Source: an uncultured Synergistales bacterium (GTDB lineage: Bacteria > Synergistota > Synergistia > Synergistales > Aminobacteriaceae). From it: DNA of 64,000 nucleotides. The notes beneath the pieces are model-generated. The model worked only from the letters and a program-made list of their open reading frames with translations. It did not search any database and was not told the DNA's origin. The stretch is taken from positions 16,526 to 80,525 of the forward strand of contig CALCQG010000005.1 of assembly GCA_937897575.1 (NCBI GenBank). The letters run 5' to 3'. This document shows, one piece after another, positions 45,200-53,768 of the stretch (position 1 is its first letter; every line of letters starts with the position of its first letter). A program made the position numbers and the translations under genes.

Positions 45200-46515
45200 G
45201 GTCTCTCCTCATTCATGACGGAAAGATACCGCTGGGGACACGGAAAGAACGTGGCCCTGCTGCCTGCTCCCACCATATCCAGGCCCTTCCGGACGCCCTC
45301 CTCGAGCGTCTTGGCAGTCAGGAACCCCATTTTCTTCGCATCATCCTCAGGCACGTTGGGCGATATGAGCACGATTCTGATCCCCCTCTGCATGATCTTC
45401 GAGAGAAGGAGGGCGTGGTCCATCTGAATCTCATACTTTTCGAGCAGGAAGCGGATGACGTCCTCGAACCCCGTTGCTCCCTCGAAGGGGCGGAGCATAT
45501 CGGTGGAGCCGACGCCCTCGGTGCATCTGGAGTAGACGACGAACACGCCGTTGTCCCGCAGGACGGGCGCGAGCGCGATGACGCATTTCAGGGACTGGTA
45601 CAGGTTGATGTCCAGAGGGTACCCCGGCGTGGTGACGAAAAGATCCTTCCGGACATCGAACGGGACGGAGATTTCACGCTGCAACATGTCCACCGCCCAT
45701 CTATGACTTTTGTCCATATCGCCGCAGACGAGGTCTGCGATCTGTCCTCGGGCGTTCACGAGGATGTTCACCGAGAAGTGAACGCCGAGCATATGGGCCG
45801 CCTCGGCCATATCGCAGCTGATGGGGTTGTCGTCGTATACTCCGATCGCCGCCCTTGGATCGAGGAGCATCTGCGGCCGGTGATTGACCCTGATGGCCTC
45901 CTCGGAGGAGATGCCGGGCAGCACGGATTTCCTGCCCCCCGAGAAGCCTGCGAATTCATGGGGCTCCACCTTGCCGACGGTGATCCTGAGCTCCGATTCG
46001 TACACGGTCCTGTTGACGGAGAGAGGCGTGCCTCGCGACGTGGTCCCGAGGGAGACGAGCTTCGTCTCGTCGTAGGGATCGTGGTTCTCTATGCGCAGGA
46101 TGCCGGCCCACCCCTCCCCGAGGATGGCGCTCATCTCCTCGGAGGTGGCGGGGCGGTGCACTCCGATTCCGACGACGCACGTCACCGCCTCGGGGGGCAC
46201 TCCTCCGAGGCGGAGCTCCTCCATGATGTGGGGCAGAACGTCGCCGGTGGGAACGGCTCGAGTGGCGTCCGACACGATGATTGCCGCACTCTTCTTCCCT
46301 CTCGCGATCGTCCTGAGGGGCGAAGAGCCCACCGGATTCATGAAAGCGCGTGCAACGTGCTCCGGGCGCGCCGTTCTCTCCATGATCTCCGGCCGGGGAA
46401 GGATCAACGCATCGAACCGTTCAACGGCAAGGGAGGCGGAAACGCCCTCACCCGAGTCGCTGTACTCTATGTGCCCGTCTCGCTGTTGAACAGTGTACAG
46501 GGTATCCACGGCCAT
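45196..46515 (-). CDS. LarA-like nickel-pincer-dependent 2-hydroxyacid racemase/epimerase family protein (DUF2088)
   Basis: VGIGVHRPAT, GKVEPHEFAGFSGGRKSVLPG and AIRVNH are the conserved His/Lys-containing blocks of LarA homologues. The gene overlaps the gntR start by 4 nt. Confidence 0.8.
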   Translation of the reverse strand: MAVDTLYTVQQRDGHIEYSDSGEGVSASLAVERFDALILPRPEIMERTARPEHVARAFMNPVGSSPLRTIARGKKSAAIIVSDATRAVPTGDVLPHIMEELRLGGVPPEAVTCVVGIGVHRPATSEEMSAILGEGWAGILRIENHDPYDETKLVSLGTTSRGTPLSVNRTVYESELRITVGKVEPHEFAGFSGGRKSVLPGISSEEAIRVNHRPQMLLDPRAAIGVYDDNPISCDMAEAAHMLGVHFSVNILVNARGQIADLVCGDMDKSHRWAVDMLQREISVPFDVRKDLFVTTPGYPLDINLYQSLKCVIALAPVLRDNGVFVVYSRCTEGVGSTDMLRPFEGATGFEDVIRFLLEKYEIQMDHALLLSKIMQRGIRIVLISPNVPEDDAKKMGFLTAKTLEEGVRKGLDMVGAGSRATFFPCPQRYLSVMNEERP

Positions 46516-47045
46516 TACTCGCTTTTCTGTGCCGTTGGGTCTTCCCGGGCCGGTACGGTCTCACCGAGTGTGATGTCGAGGATATGTTCGATCCCGAAGA
46601 GCGTCATGAAAAAGAAGCCGAAGGGAACGGCCGCATAGGGGATGGCAACCGAAATCCCCAGTGCGGGGGTGATCTGCTTGTAGGTCCTGAGGAGCAGGAG
46701 TATTCCGTTGTACGTCACGGAGGCGGCCGCGACGACCTCGAGAATGGGGATGATCCGGATGCATGCCGCTCTCACCCTGTCCGGGAACATATCCCGGAAG
46801 ATGATGATCCCCACGTGCCCTTTTCTGTGGTGCAGAACAGCCGCGCTGACCAGGCTGAACCAGACCATGGAGAAGCGCAGAAACTCCTCGGACCAGGTCA
46901 GGGCGTTGCTGAAGACGTACCGCATCACGACGTGCATTATGGCCACGCAGAGCATGGCCATGCTGAGCACCATGGCGATTGGGAACAGGAACTTCTCGCA
47001 TTGATCGCAAAAACGACGATATCCGGATGACGTCAATTCAATCAA
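46515..47045 (-). CDS. dctQ: TRAP transporter small permease (DctQ)
   Basis: 176 aa with four TM helices, positioned between dctP and the larA-like gene. Confidence 0.8.
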   Translation of the reverse strand: MIELTSSGYRRFCDQCEKFLFPIAMVLSMAMLCVAIMHVVMRYVFSNALTWSEEFLRFSMVWFSLVSAAVLHHRKGHVGIIIFRDMFPDRVRAACIRIIPILEVVAAASVTYNGILLLLRTYKQITPALGISVAIPYAAVPFGFFFMTLFGIEHILDITLGETVPAREDPTAQKSE

Positions 47046-47135
47046 CTCTTTTCCGTTGAATTCCGGTTGTTGAAGCGAAGGGGCGGCTGACGCCCGATTC
47101 TCATCGGCCGCCCCTCTTGTCTCGCAGTCGAGATG

Positions 47136-48152
47136 CTAAAGCCCGGCCTTGATGTCCTTCCTGGCCTTCTCGATGCCGGAAAGCCACTCGTCCACAAAGG
47201 CGGCGTCCGTCTTTTCCTTGATGCTCTTGATGATGCTCTCCTGCGTCGCCGCACGCATCTTGCCCTTTTCCGCCTCGCTGACCTCGTTCACTTCCATCCC
47301 CTTGGAGCGGAGGAGGTCGACGATGTATCGCTCCCGCGCGGCGTTGACGGCGCGGCTGTAGTTCTGTCCAAGGATGGCCGCCGTGCTGACGATCGTCTGC
47401 TGCTCCTTCGTCAGACCGTTGTACCAGTCCAGATTGGCCACGAGCGGCATGGGATCGTAGATGTGTCCGTCCAGGGATACGAACTTCTGGACCTCGTACA
47501 TCTTCACCTCCCAGATGTTGGCGAGGGGGTTCTCCTGTCCGTCGACCACTCTCTGCTGCATGACGAGGTACAGCTCGGTCCAGGGCACCGGCGTGGGGTT
47601 GGCGCCGAGGTTCTTGAAGGCCTCCATGTGCATGGGGGCCTCCATCGTCCGGATCTTGAGTCCCTTGAAGTCCTCAAGCGTATTGATGGCTTTCGTGGAG
47701 TTCGTGGTGTGGCGGAAACCGTTCTCCATCCACGCCAGGCCTTTCAGGCCGATCGCTTCGCAGGAGGCGAAGAGCGCGTTCCCCGCAGGGCCGTCCATGA
47801 CGAGCCATGCTTCGTTGTAGTCGTTGAAGGAGTAGGGGATATCGAGGACCATGAACTTATTGTTGAAGGTGGTCATCGGCCCGGCGGACGCCGTGGCCAT
47901 CTCGAGCAGACCGTTCTTCACCTGCTCGACGGACTCTCGCTCTCCTCCAAGCTGCGAGTTGTAGTACAGGTTTACCTTGAGCTCGCCATTCGTCTGTTTT
48001 TCCACGAGCTCCTTGAAAAGCTGCAGGCCTATGGACTGAGGGTGCGTCTCGGAATTGCACAGGGAGATCCGGATCGGTTTCGCGGCAAAGGATACGCTCG
48101 CCATGGCAAGGACAAAAATCAGCGCAACCAGCAGAACAACACGTTTCCTCAT
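47136..48152 (-). CDS. dctP: TRAP transporter substrate-binding protein (DctP)
   Basis: Signal peptide MRKRVVLLVALIFVLAMASVSFA. DctP blocks (..YNSQLGGERESVEQVKNGLLEMA.., KIRTMEAPMHMEAFKNLGANPTP). ATG 48152 follows a GAGGAGG SD. Confidence 0.9.
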   Translation of the reverse strand: MRKRVVLLVALIFVLAMASVSFAAKPIRISLCNSETHPQSIGLQLFKELVEKQTNGELKVNLYYNSQLGGERESVEQVKNGLLEMATASAGPMTTFNNKFMVLDIPYSFNDYNEAWLVMDGPAGNALFASCEAIGLKGLAWMENGFRHTTNSTKAINTLEDFKGLKIRTMEAPMHMEAFKNLGANPTPVPWTELYLVMQQRVVDGQENPLANIWEVKMYEVQKFVSLDGHIYDPMPLVANLDWYNGLTKEQQTIVSTAAILGQNYSRAVNAARERYIVDLLRSKGMEVNEVSEAEKGKMRAATQESIIKSIKEKTDAAFVDEWLSGIEKARKDIKAGL

Positions 48153-48252
48153 ACGAACATCCTCCTCATCAAGTGAAAAAATTTTGTATCTGCTGCACGG
48201 TGCCATGTCGCTGAAGCGGTACAACGTCCTTTCGTATTTCCGCGTTTCTTCT

Positions 48253-49527
48253 TCAGTAGCCGAATTGCCTCGGCAGCCACAGGGTCAGCGGAGGGAAATA
48301 GGTCACGAAAAGGAGCACAATGAATGAGACGACGAGCATCGGTATGGCCTCTTTGAAGGTCTGTTCTATCGTGACGCCCGCCATGGGGCTGGTGACGAAC
48401 AACGTTATCCCGAAGGGCGGCGTGGCGAGGCCGATGACGAGGTTGATGCAGATGATGGCCCCGATCTGGAGGGGATCGACGCCCATGCTCCATGCTATGG
48501 GGGCGATGATCGGGCCGAGGACGACGACGGAGGCGTAGTCGTCCATGAACATTCCGTTGATGAGGAGCCCGATGTTGACCATGAGCAGGAAGGCCCAGGT
48601 CGGGAGACCCGAAAGGGGCCCCATGACCTTATACACGACCTGTTCGTTCGCGATGGCCCAGGCCGTGACCGTCGCGCTCCCCGCGAGGAGGATGACGAGC
48701 CCCGATGTCAGGGCCGTCTCCTTCAGGATGACGGGAAGGTCCGAGAGTTTCCCCTCCTTGTACACAAGAAAGGTGAGGATGAAGGCGTAGAGGGCGGCGA
48801 TGGCCGAGGACTCCGTCACGGTGAAGATGCTGCCGAAAATCCCGCCGAGGATGATCACCGGAAGCATGAGGGCCGGGAAGGCCCGCTTGAACTGCTTCCA
48901 TTTCTCCGGCCACTCGGCTCGCTCATGATTCGGATAACCCCGTTTGACGGCGATCCGGTAGATCATGAGCATCTGGGCAACTGCGATAAGGATGGCGGGG
49001 ATGACGGCGGCAAGAAATATCCCCGCTATGGAGGTCCGTCCAACGGAGACGCAGTAGAGGATCATCAGGACGCTGGGCGGCATGATCGGCCCGAGGAGCG
49101 AGCCGCTCGCCATGACCGCCGAGCTGAACGCCGGAGAGTAGCCCTCCTTTTTCATCATGGGGATGAGGAAGGAACCGAGGGAGGCCACCTCGGCAAGAGC
49201 CAGGCCGACGATCGACCCCATGAAGAGGCATGTGCCGATGGTGACGAGAGCGAGGGCGCCCCGGACATGGCCGAGAAACGCGTTGACGAAGTCGATGAGG
49301 GCCTCGAGCAGATGCCCCCGCAACATGAACTGCCCCGTCAGAATAAAGAAGGGGACGGCGAGAAGAGAGAAGCCGTTCATGCCCTCGAACATCCGTTGAA
49401 CCACGAGGAGCTGAGGATAGCCGCCTACGAGGAGGTACACCGTCGAGCTGAGGATCATGTTGAATGCGATAGGAAAACCCATGACGAGAAGGACCGCGAA
49501 ACAAATGCCTAAAGAAGCCAGAGCCAT
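48253..49527 (-). CDS. dctM: TRAP transporter large permease (DctM)
   Basis: 424-aa polytopic membrane protein with typical DctM sequence (..LAVPFFILTGQFM.., ..GIATPPFGI-like LATPPFGITLFV). Confidence 0.9.
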   Translation of the reverse strand: MALASLGICFAVLLVMGFPIAFNMILSSTVYLLVGGYPQLLVVQRMFEGMNGFSLLAVPFFILTGQFMLRGHLLEALIDFVNAFLGHVRGALALVTIGTCLFMGSIVGLALAEVASLGSFLIPMMKKEGYSPAFSSAVMASGSLLGPIMPPSVLMILYCVSVGRTSIAGIFLAAVIPAILIAVAQMLMIYRIAVKRGYPNHERAEWPEKWKQFKRAFPALMLPVIILGGIFGSIFTVTESSAIAALYAFILTFLVYKEGKLSDLPVILKETALTSGLVILLAGSATVTAWAIANEQVVYKVMGPLSGLPTWAFLLMVNIGLLINGMFMDDYASVVVLGPIIAPIAWSMGVDPLQIGAIICINLVIGLATPPFGITLFVTSPMAGVTIEQTFKEAIPMLVVSFIVLLFVTYFPPLTLWLPRQFGY

Positions 49528-49642
49528 TACACACCCTCCTTTTCCTGGTACTGGAACACTGGTCTTGACTCGAGACGACGACGGTCATTCGCGGAACAAG
49601 AGTGCCCGGGTTCGGATCGGAGGAGTTCAGGGGCTTGATAAT

Positions 49643-49659
49643 TTATCGATTATCGATAA
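49643..49659. promoter_or_regulatory. 17-nt perfect palindrome TTATCGATTATCGATAA in the divergent control region
   Basis: Read directly from the sequence. It lies between the divergent dctM operon and the YgeY-like operon. Confidence 0.4.
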
Positions 49660-49757
49660 TGCTATAGCGAATCACTGCCCCTGTCAAGCCTTTGAAAGCA
49701 ATGAGAGAAGGCCACACCTCTATTTTGTGGACATGGGATCATGAAATATGGTATGCA

Positions 49758-49786
49758 TTGACATATTTTGGTATGCCAAATATACT
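49758..49786 (+). promoter_or_regulatory. sigma70-type promoter of the YgeY-like/TRAP operon with an embedded GntR-type palindrome
   Basis: -35 TTGACA (49758-49763), exactly 17 nt of spacer, -10 TATACT (49781-49786). The spacer holds the palindrome TTGGTATGCCAA (49768-49779). A half-copy, TGGTATGC, lies at 49749-49756. Confidence 0.6.
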
Positions 49787-49860
49787 TCGGAATATCTTCA
49801 CGTGTATGCGCGGCATATGGAGACCCACCGTCGAATTCGATGCATGAAGGAGGTTTTCTG

Positions 49861-51081
49861 ATGAAAGCGTACGACTTCGCTCCTGCCATTGAAAGGTCTT
49901 TCGGCGATATGTGCGAGTTTGCATCCCGCCTCATAGCGCTGCCAAGCGTAACCGGCCAGGAGGGTCTTGTCGCGGAAACCATCATCAGCGAGATGAAAAG
50001 ACTGCAATACGATGACGTCTTCACCGACAAGGCGGGGAATGTCGTCGGCGTTATCAAGGGAACCGGCGGGGGCGAGCATATCCTGTACAACTGCCATATG
50101 GATCAGGTCGATCCCGGCAACCTCGAGGCGTGGGAACACCCGCCATTCTCCGGGAAAACGGCGGATGGATGGATCCATGGCAGAGGGGCCAGCGACACGA
50201 AGGGGGCCATTGCGACCCAGGTGTACTCGGCTGCATGCGTGAAGGAGGCCGGGGCCGCCCACAGAGGGGATATCATCGTCACCGCGGTGGTCGAGGAAGA
50301 GCCTGGAGACATGTGGGGCATGCGGAAACTCGCGGACGAGGTCCTTGCCGTCTACCCCGGACGAATCGGCCTGACCGTCCTCGGCGAGGCGACTGGGCTG
50401 AACGTCTACCTCGGACATCGTGGCAAAGTCGAAATCGACATCCGGACCATCGGACAGGTGGCGCACAGCAGCGCCCCCTGGAGAGGCACCAACGCCGTAT
50501 ACAAGATGTGTCCGGTGATCGAGGCGCTCGAAAAACTGGGTGACAGGCTACCGGAGCACCCCTTCTTGAGGCGATCGAGCGTTGCGGTCACCAATATCAC
50601 CTGTTCGCCGGGGTGGCTGAGCACGGTCCCCGATCGTTGTACCATCAGGATCGACCGCCGTTTCCTTCCCCATGAAAACAGAGAGACCATCATGAAGGAG
50701 CTCGGGGATATTCTGAAGGGCGCAGGGCTCTCCGTCGGAGCGGATGCCGCCGCGGAGATACAGGCCTATGCTCATACCGGCTATACAGGGCTGCAGGAGT
50801 CCATGGAGCTCTACAAGCCGGCCTTTCTCACCCCTGAGGACGAACCCCATGTCGTGATCGTAGTGGACGCTCTTAAAAAGGTGGGGCAAAATCCCGCATT
50901 CAACTGCTGGGATTTTGGAACCGACGGCGCATGGATCGCCACGGAGCTCGGCATACCGACGATAGGGTACTCCCCCTGTGAAGAGGAGTATGCGCATACG
51001 CCTCGGGACAGGGTCTCCATGGATCTTATGAGGAAGGCCGCTCTCGGATATGCGGCAATCTCGGTCGCGGTGACCGAATAG
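49861..51081 (+). CDS. YgeY-like M20 family hydrolase (ArgE/DapE/ACY1 fold)
   Basis: ATG lies 7 nt after GAAGGAGG. Motifs LYNCHMDQV, HGRGASDTKG, VVEEEPGD, GHRGKVEIDI..AHSSAPWRG and EEYAHTPRD parallel E. coli YgeY. Confidence 0.8.
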   Translation: MKAYDFAPAIERSFGDMCEFASRLIALPSVTGQEGLVAETIISEMKRLQYDDVFTDKAGNVVGVIKGTGGGEHILYNCHMDQVDPGNLEAWEHPPFSGKTADGWIHGRGASDTKGAIATQVYSAACVKEAGAAHRGDIIVTAVVEEEPGDMWGMRKLADEVLAVYPGRIGLTVLGEATGLNVYLGHRGKVEIDIRTIGQVAHSSAPWRGTNAVYKMCPVIEALEKLGDRLPEHPFLRRSSVAVTNITCSPGWLSTVPDRCTIRIDRRFLPHENRETIMKELGDILKGAGLSVGADAAAEIQAYAHTGYTGLQESMELYKPAFLTPEDEPHVVIVVDALKKVGQNPAFNCWDFGTDGAWIATELGIPTIGYSPCEEEYAHTPRDRVSMDLMRKAALGYAAISVAVTE

Positions 51082-51104
51082 CGATTATTTTCGTCGAAGA
51101 GGTG

Positions 51105-52094
51105 ATGGGAGTGGGGCGCTACAAAGTCTTCATGACCGATACGATTTGGCCGGATGTGAATATCGAGAGGGAGGGTGTCTCGAAGATACCGGATGTGGAT
51201 TTCTCCCTTTCCAAAGGAGGGACGCCCGAGGAGATCTGCGAGGAGGGAAAGGACTGCGACGCTCTCATGGTGCTCTTCACGCCCATGTCGGCGAAGCACC
51301 TCGAGTACTTCACACGGTGCAAGGTCCTTGTGCGAATGGGGATAGGCTTTAACTCGGTGGATCTCGCCAAGGCCACGGAGATGGGAATTATGGTGGCCAA
51401 CGTTCCGGACTACTGCCAGGAGGAGGTCGCGGACCACACGATAGCGCTCTTCCTCGAAATCACCAGAAAGGCCGGTCTTCTCGACAGGGACGTGAAGGCG
51501 GGCGGGTGGACCATGGAGCTGGCCAATCCCGTTCCGAGACTTCAGGGCAAGACCTTCGGCCTGTTCGGCTGCGGCGGAATAGGGCAGAGGACGGGCAAAA
51601 GAGCCGCCGCGTTCGGCATGAACCTGGCGGGGTATGACCCCTTCGCTCCCGAGGACCTGTTCGAACGGGAGAACATCAAGCGGTACGACTCCCTCGAGAA
51701 GTTTGTCTCCGAGGTCGATGTCCTGTCACTCCATATTCCGCTGTCCCCCGAGACGAAGGGCATCGTGAATACCGCGATGCTGGAGCGTATGAAGCCTACG
51801 TCCTATCTCATCAACACGTCCCGCGGCCCCCTGGTGAACGAGGAAGACCTGTACGATGCCCTTGTGAACGGACTGATCGCGGGGGCCGCTCTTGACGTCC
51901 TGAACGAGGAACCGCCGAAATCTCTGCCGAAGATCGCCACGGCGCCCAACATCGTTATCACGCCCCATGCGGGGTGGAACTCGCTGGAATCTCTCCCCGA
52001 ACTCCGGGCGAAGTCCGCGGAGGAGGTCGTGCGAACCTATCGGGAAGGGCGCCCGAAATTTCTCATCAACAAAGAGGTGTTGAACAAGAAGTAG
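51105..52094 (+). CDS. D-isomer-specific 2-hydroxyacid dehydrogenase (CtBP-like)
   Basis: GLFGCGGIGQRTG (NAD-binding), NTSRGPLVNEEDL, GAALDVLNEEP, ITPHAGW. The start is ambiguous (GTG 51102, ATG 51105 or GTG 51111). Confidence 0.85.
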   Translation: MGVGRYKVFMTDTIWPDVNIEREGVSKIPDVDFSLSKGGTPEEICEEGKDCDALMVLFTPMSAKHLEYFTRCKVLVRMGIGFNSVDLAKATEMGIMVANVPDYCQEEVADHTIALFLEITRKAGLLDRDVKAGGWTMELANPVPRLQGKTFGLFGCGGIGQRTGKRAAAFGMNLAGYDPFAPEDLFERENIKRYDSLEKFVSEVDVLSLHIPLSPETKGIVNTAMLERMKPTSYLINTSRGPLVNEEDLYDALVNGLIAGAALDVLNEEPPKSLPKIATAPNIVITPHAGWNSLESLPELRAKSAEEVVRTYREGRPKFLINKEVLNKK

Positions 52095-52166
52095 TGGAGG
52101 TCGTCGTTTCGGAGACACAGTCTGTTGCGTGTGAAACAAAGGCACCTTATCAAAGGAGGGAAAGCA

Positions 52167-53180
52167 ATGAAGAAGAGAGTAGGTCTTGTTCTCGCGGTTC
52201 TCGTCGTTTCGATGGTGGTGTTTGGCGCGTCGGTGTCGTCGGCGGCATCGGATGTTCTGTTGTTGAGGATAGGGCACGTCGTCACGGAAGAGGGAGGAGA
52301 GCATCAGGGCTCTCTCAAGTTCGCTGAGCTTCTTGAAAAAAAGTCCGAAGGCAAGATCAAGCTGCAGATTTTCCCGAATGGTCAAGTCGGACAGAACCGG
52401 GAAATGGTGGAGTCCCTTCAGGCCGGGGCGCTGGACATGGCCCTGCCGGCCCTGCCGGGACTGGGAGGCTTCACTACGGCCACGAAGATGTTCGACCTCC
52501 TCTATCTCTTTGATAACAGAGAGCAGGCTGAAAAAGTCCTGGACGGTCCCATCGGTCAGGAAGTCGCGGCCTCGGTCGAGAGCTCGGGGATCAAGATCAT
52601 CTCCTGGTGGTCTCAGGGATTCCGGGAGATGACGGCGAACAAGGAGGTCCATAAACCGGAGGATCTGAAGGGGCTGAAGATCCGCGTCATGGAGAACCCC
52701 CTGCACATTGAGGCATGGAACATGCTTGGCGCGAGTGCCATCCCCATGGCATTCTCCGAAGTCCTGACCTCGCTGCAGCAGGGTGTTCTGGACGCGCAGG
52801 AAAACCCCTATCAGAACATCGTGCATTCGGGGTTCCATACGGTCCAGAAGTACATCATGGAGACCAACCACCTCTATGGACCTCTCCCCGTGGTGTACTC
52901 CAAGGTGAACTGGGAAAAACTGACGCCGGAGCAGCAGAAGATAATACTGGAGGCGGCGGAGGAGACAAAGGTCTGGCAGAGAAACAAACAGGAAGAGATC
53001 AACGCCGGGCTGAAGAAGCAGGTCGAGGAGACGGGCGATTGCACCATTATCGTGCTGACCTCCGAGGAGAAAGCGGCGTTCAGAAAGCAGCTGGCTCCGC
53101 TGTACAAGAAGTACGCTCCCGAGCTGAACGGCTACGTGGAGCGGATATACCAGGAGATCGGACGAGAGGTCGATTTTTAG
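52167..53180 (+). CDS. dctP: TRAP transporter substrate-binding protein (DctP), second system
   Basis: ATG follows AAGGAGGG. Signal peptide MKKRVGLVLAVLVVSMVVFGASVSSAA. DctP blocks (IFPNGQVGQNREMVESLQAGALDMA, KIRVMENPLHIEAWNMLGASAIPM). Confidence 0.9.
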   Translation: MKKRVGLVLAVLVVSMVVFGASVSSAASDVLLLRIGHVVTEEGGEHQGSLKFAELLEKKSEGKIKLQIFPNGQVGQNREMVESLQAGALDMALPALPGLGGFTTATKMFDLLYLFDNREQAEKVLDGPIGQEVAASVESSGIKIISWWSQGFREMTANKEVHKPEDLKGLKIRVMENPLHIEAWNMLGASAIPMAFSEVLTSLQQGVLDAQENPYQNIVHSGFHTVQKYIMETNHLYGPLPVVYSKVNWEKLTPEQQKIILEAAEETKVWQRNKQEEINAGLKKQVEETGDCTIIVLTSEEKAAFRKQLAPLYKKYAPELNGYVERIYQEIGREVDF

Positions 53181-53262
53181 AGACGTCTGGGACTGAAGAG
53201 TACAAATTGGCCGGGGACAGTCTTTGTCCCCGGCATTTTCTCAGGATCAGGGGGATGATCAT

Positions 53263-53766
53263 ATGAAATCGCGGCTCCTGCATCACTTGGATATGTGGGA
53301 GGAGTATATCCTTTTCCTTTTCATGCTGGTCATGTTGGTGGTGCTTGCCGTTCAGGTCTTCACGCGGTATGTGTTGTCCTTCAGCTTTTCCTGGGCCGAG
53401 CAGCTTGCGAGAGTCGGCTTCGTATGGCTGACCATGGCTGGAATAAGCCTCGCGGCGAAAAAGGGAATGCACATGAAGGTGGACTTTCTCCCGCAGATCG
53501 TGCCGAAAAACGTTGCCCGTTTTATTTGTGTTTTTTCCGATGCCTTTGTCGTCCTTTTCGGCTTTTACATGGGGGGCCTTATCCTGAAGACGGTCATGTT
53601 GCAGATGAAGTTGAACCAGGTGTTCTCGTCCATCCCATGGCTTCCGGTCTGGACGATGTACATTGCGGGCGTTCTGGGGATGTTCGGCCTGTCCGTACGG
53701 ACGATCCAGAGGATCATCCTTGAACGGCGAACGGCATCGGCACCAGCGAACGAGGGGGTGCGGTAG
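53263..53766 (+). CDS. dctQ: TRAP transporter small permease (DctQ), second system
   Basis: 167 aa with four TM helices. WAEQLARVGFVWLTMAGIS is typical of DctQ. Confidence 0.8.
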   Translation: MKSRLLHHLDMWEEYILFLFMLVMLVVLAVQVFTRYVLSFSFSWAEQLARVGFVWLTMAGISLAAKKGMHMKVDFLPQIVPKNVARFICVFSDAFVVLFGFYMGGLILKTVMLQMKLNQVFSSIPWLPVWTMYIAGVLGMFGLSVRTIQRIILERRTASAPANEGVR

Positions 53767-53768
53767 GA

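Noticed and set aside
52123-52138. Third parS-like sequence TGTTGCGTGTGAAACA upstream of the second dctP.
   Set aside because: It has three mismatches to the consensus, including the central CG. Only one half-site is intact, so it is probably fortuitous.
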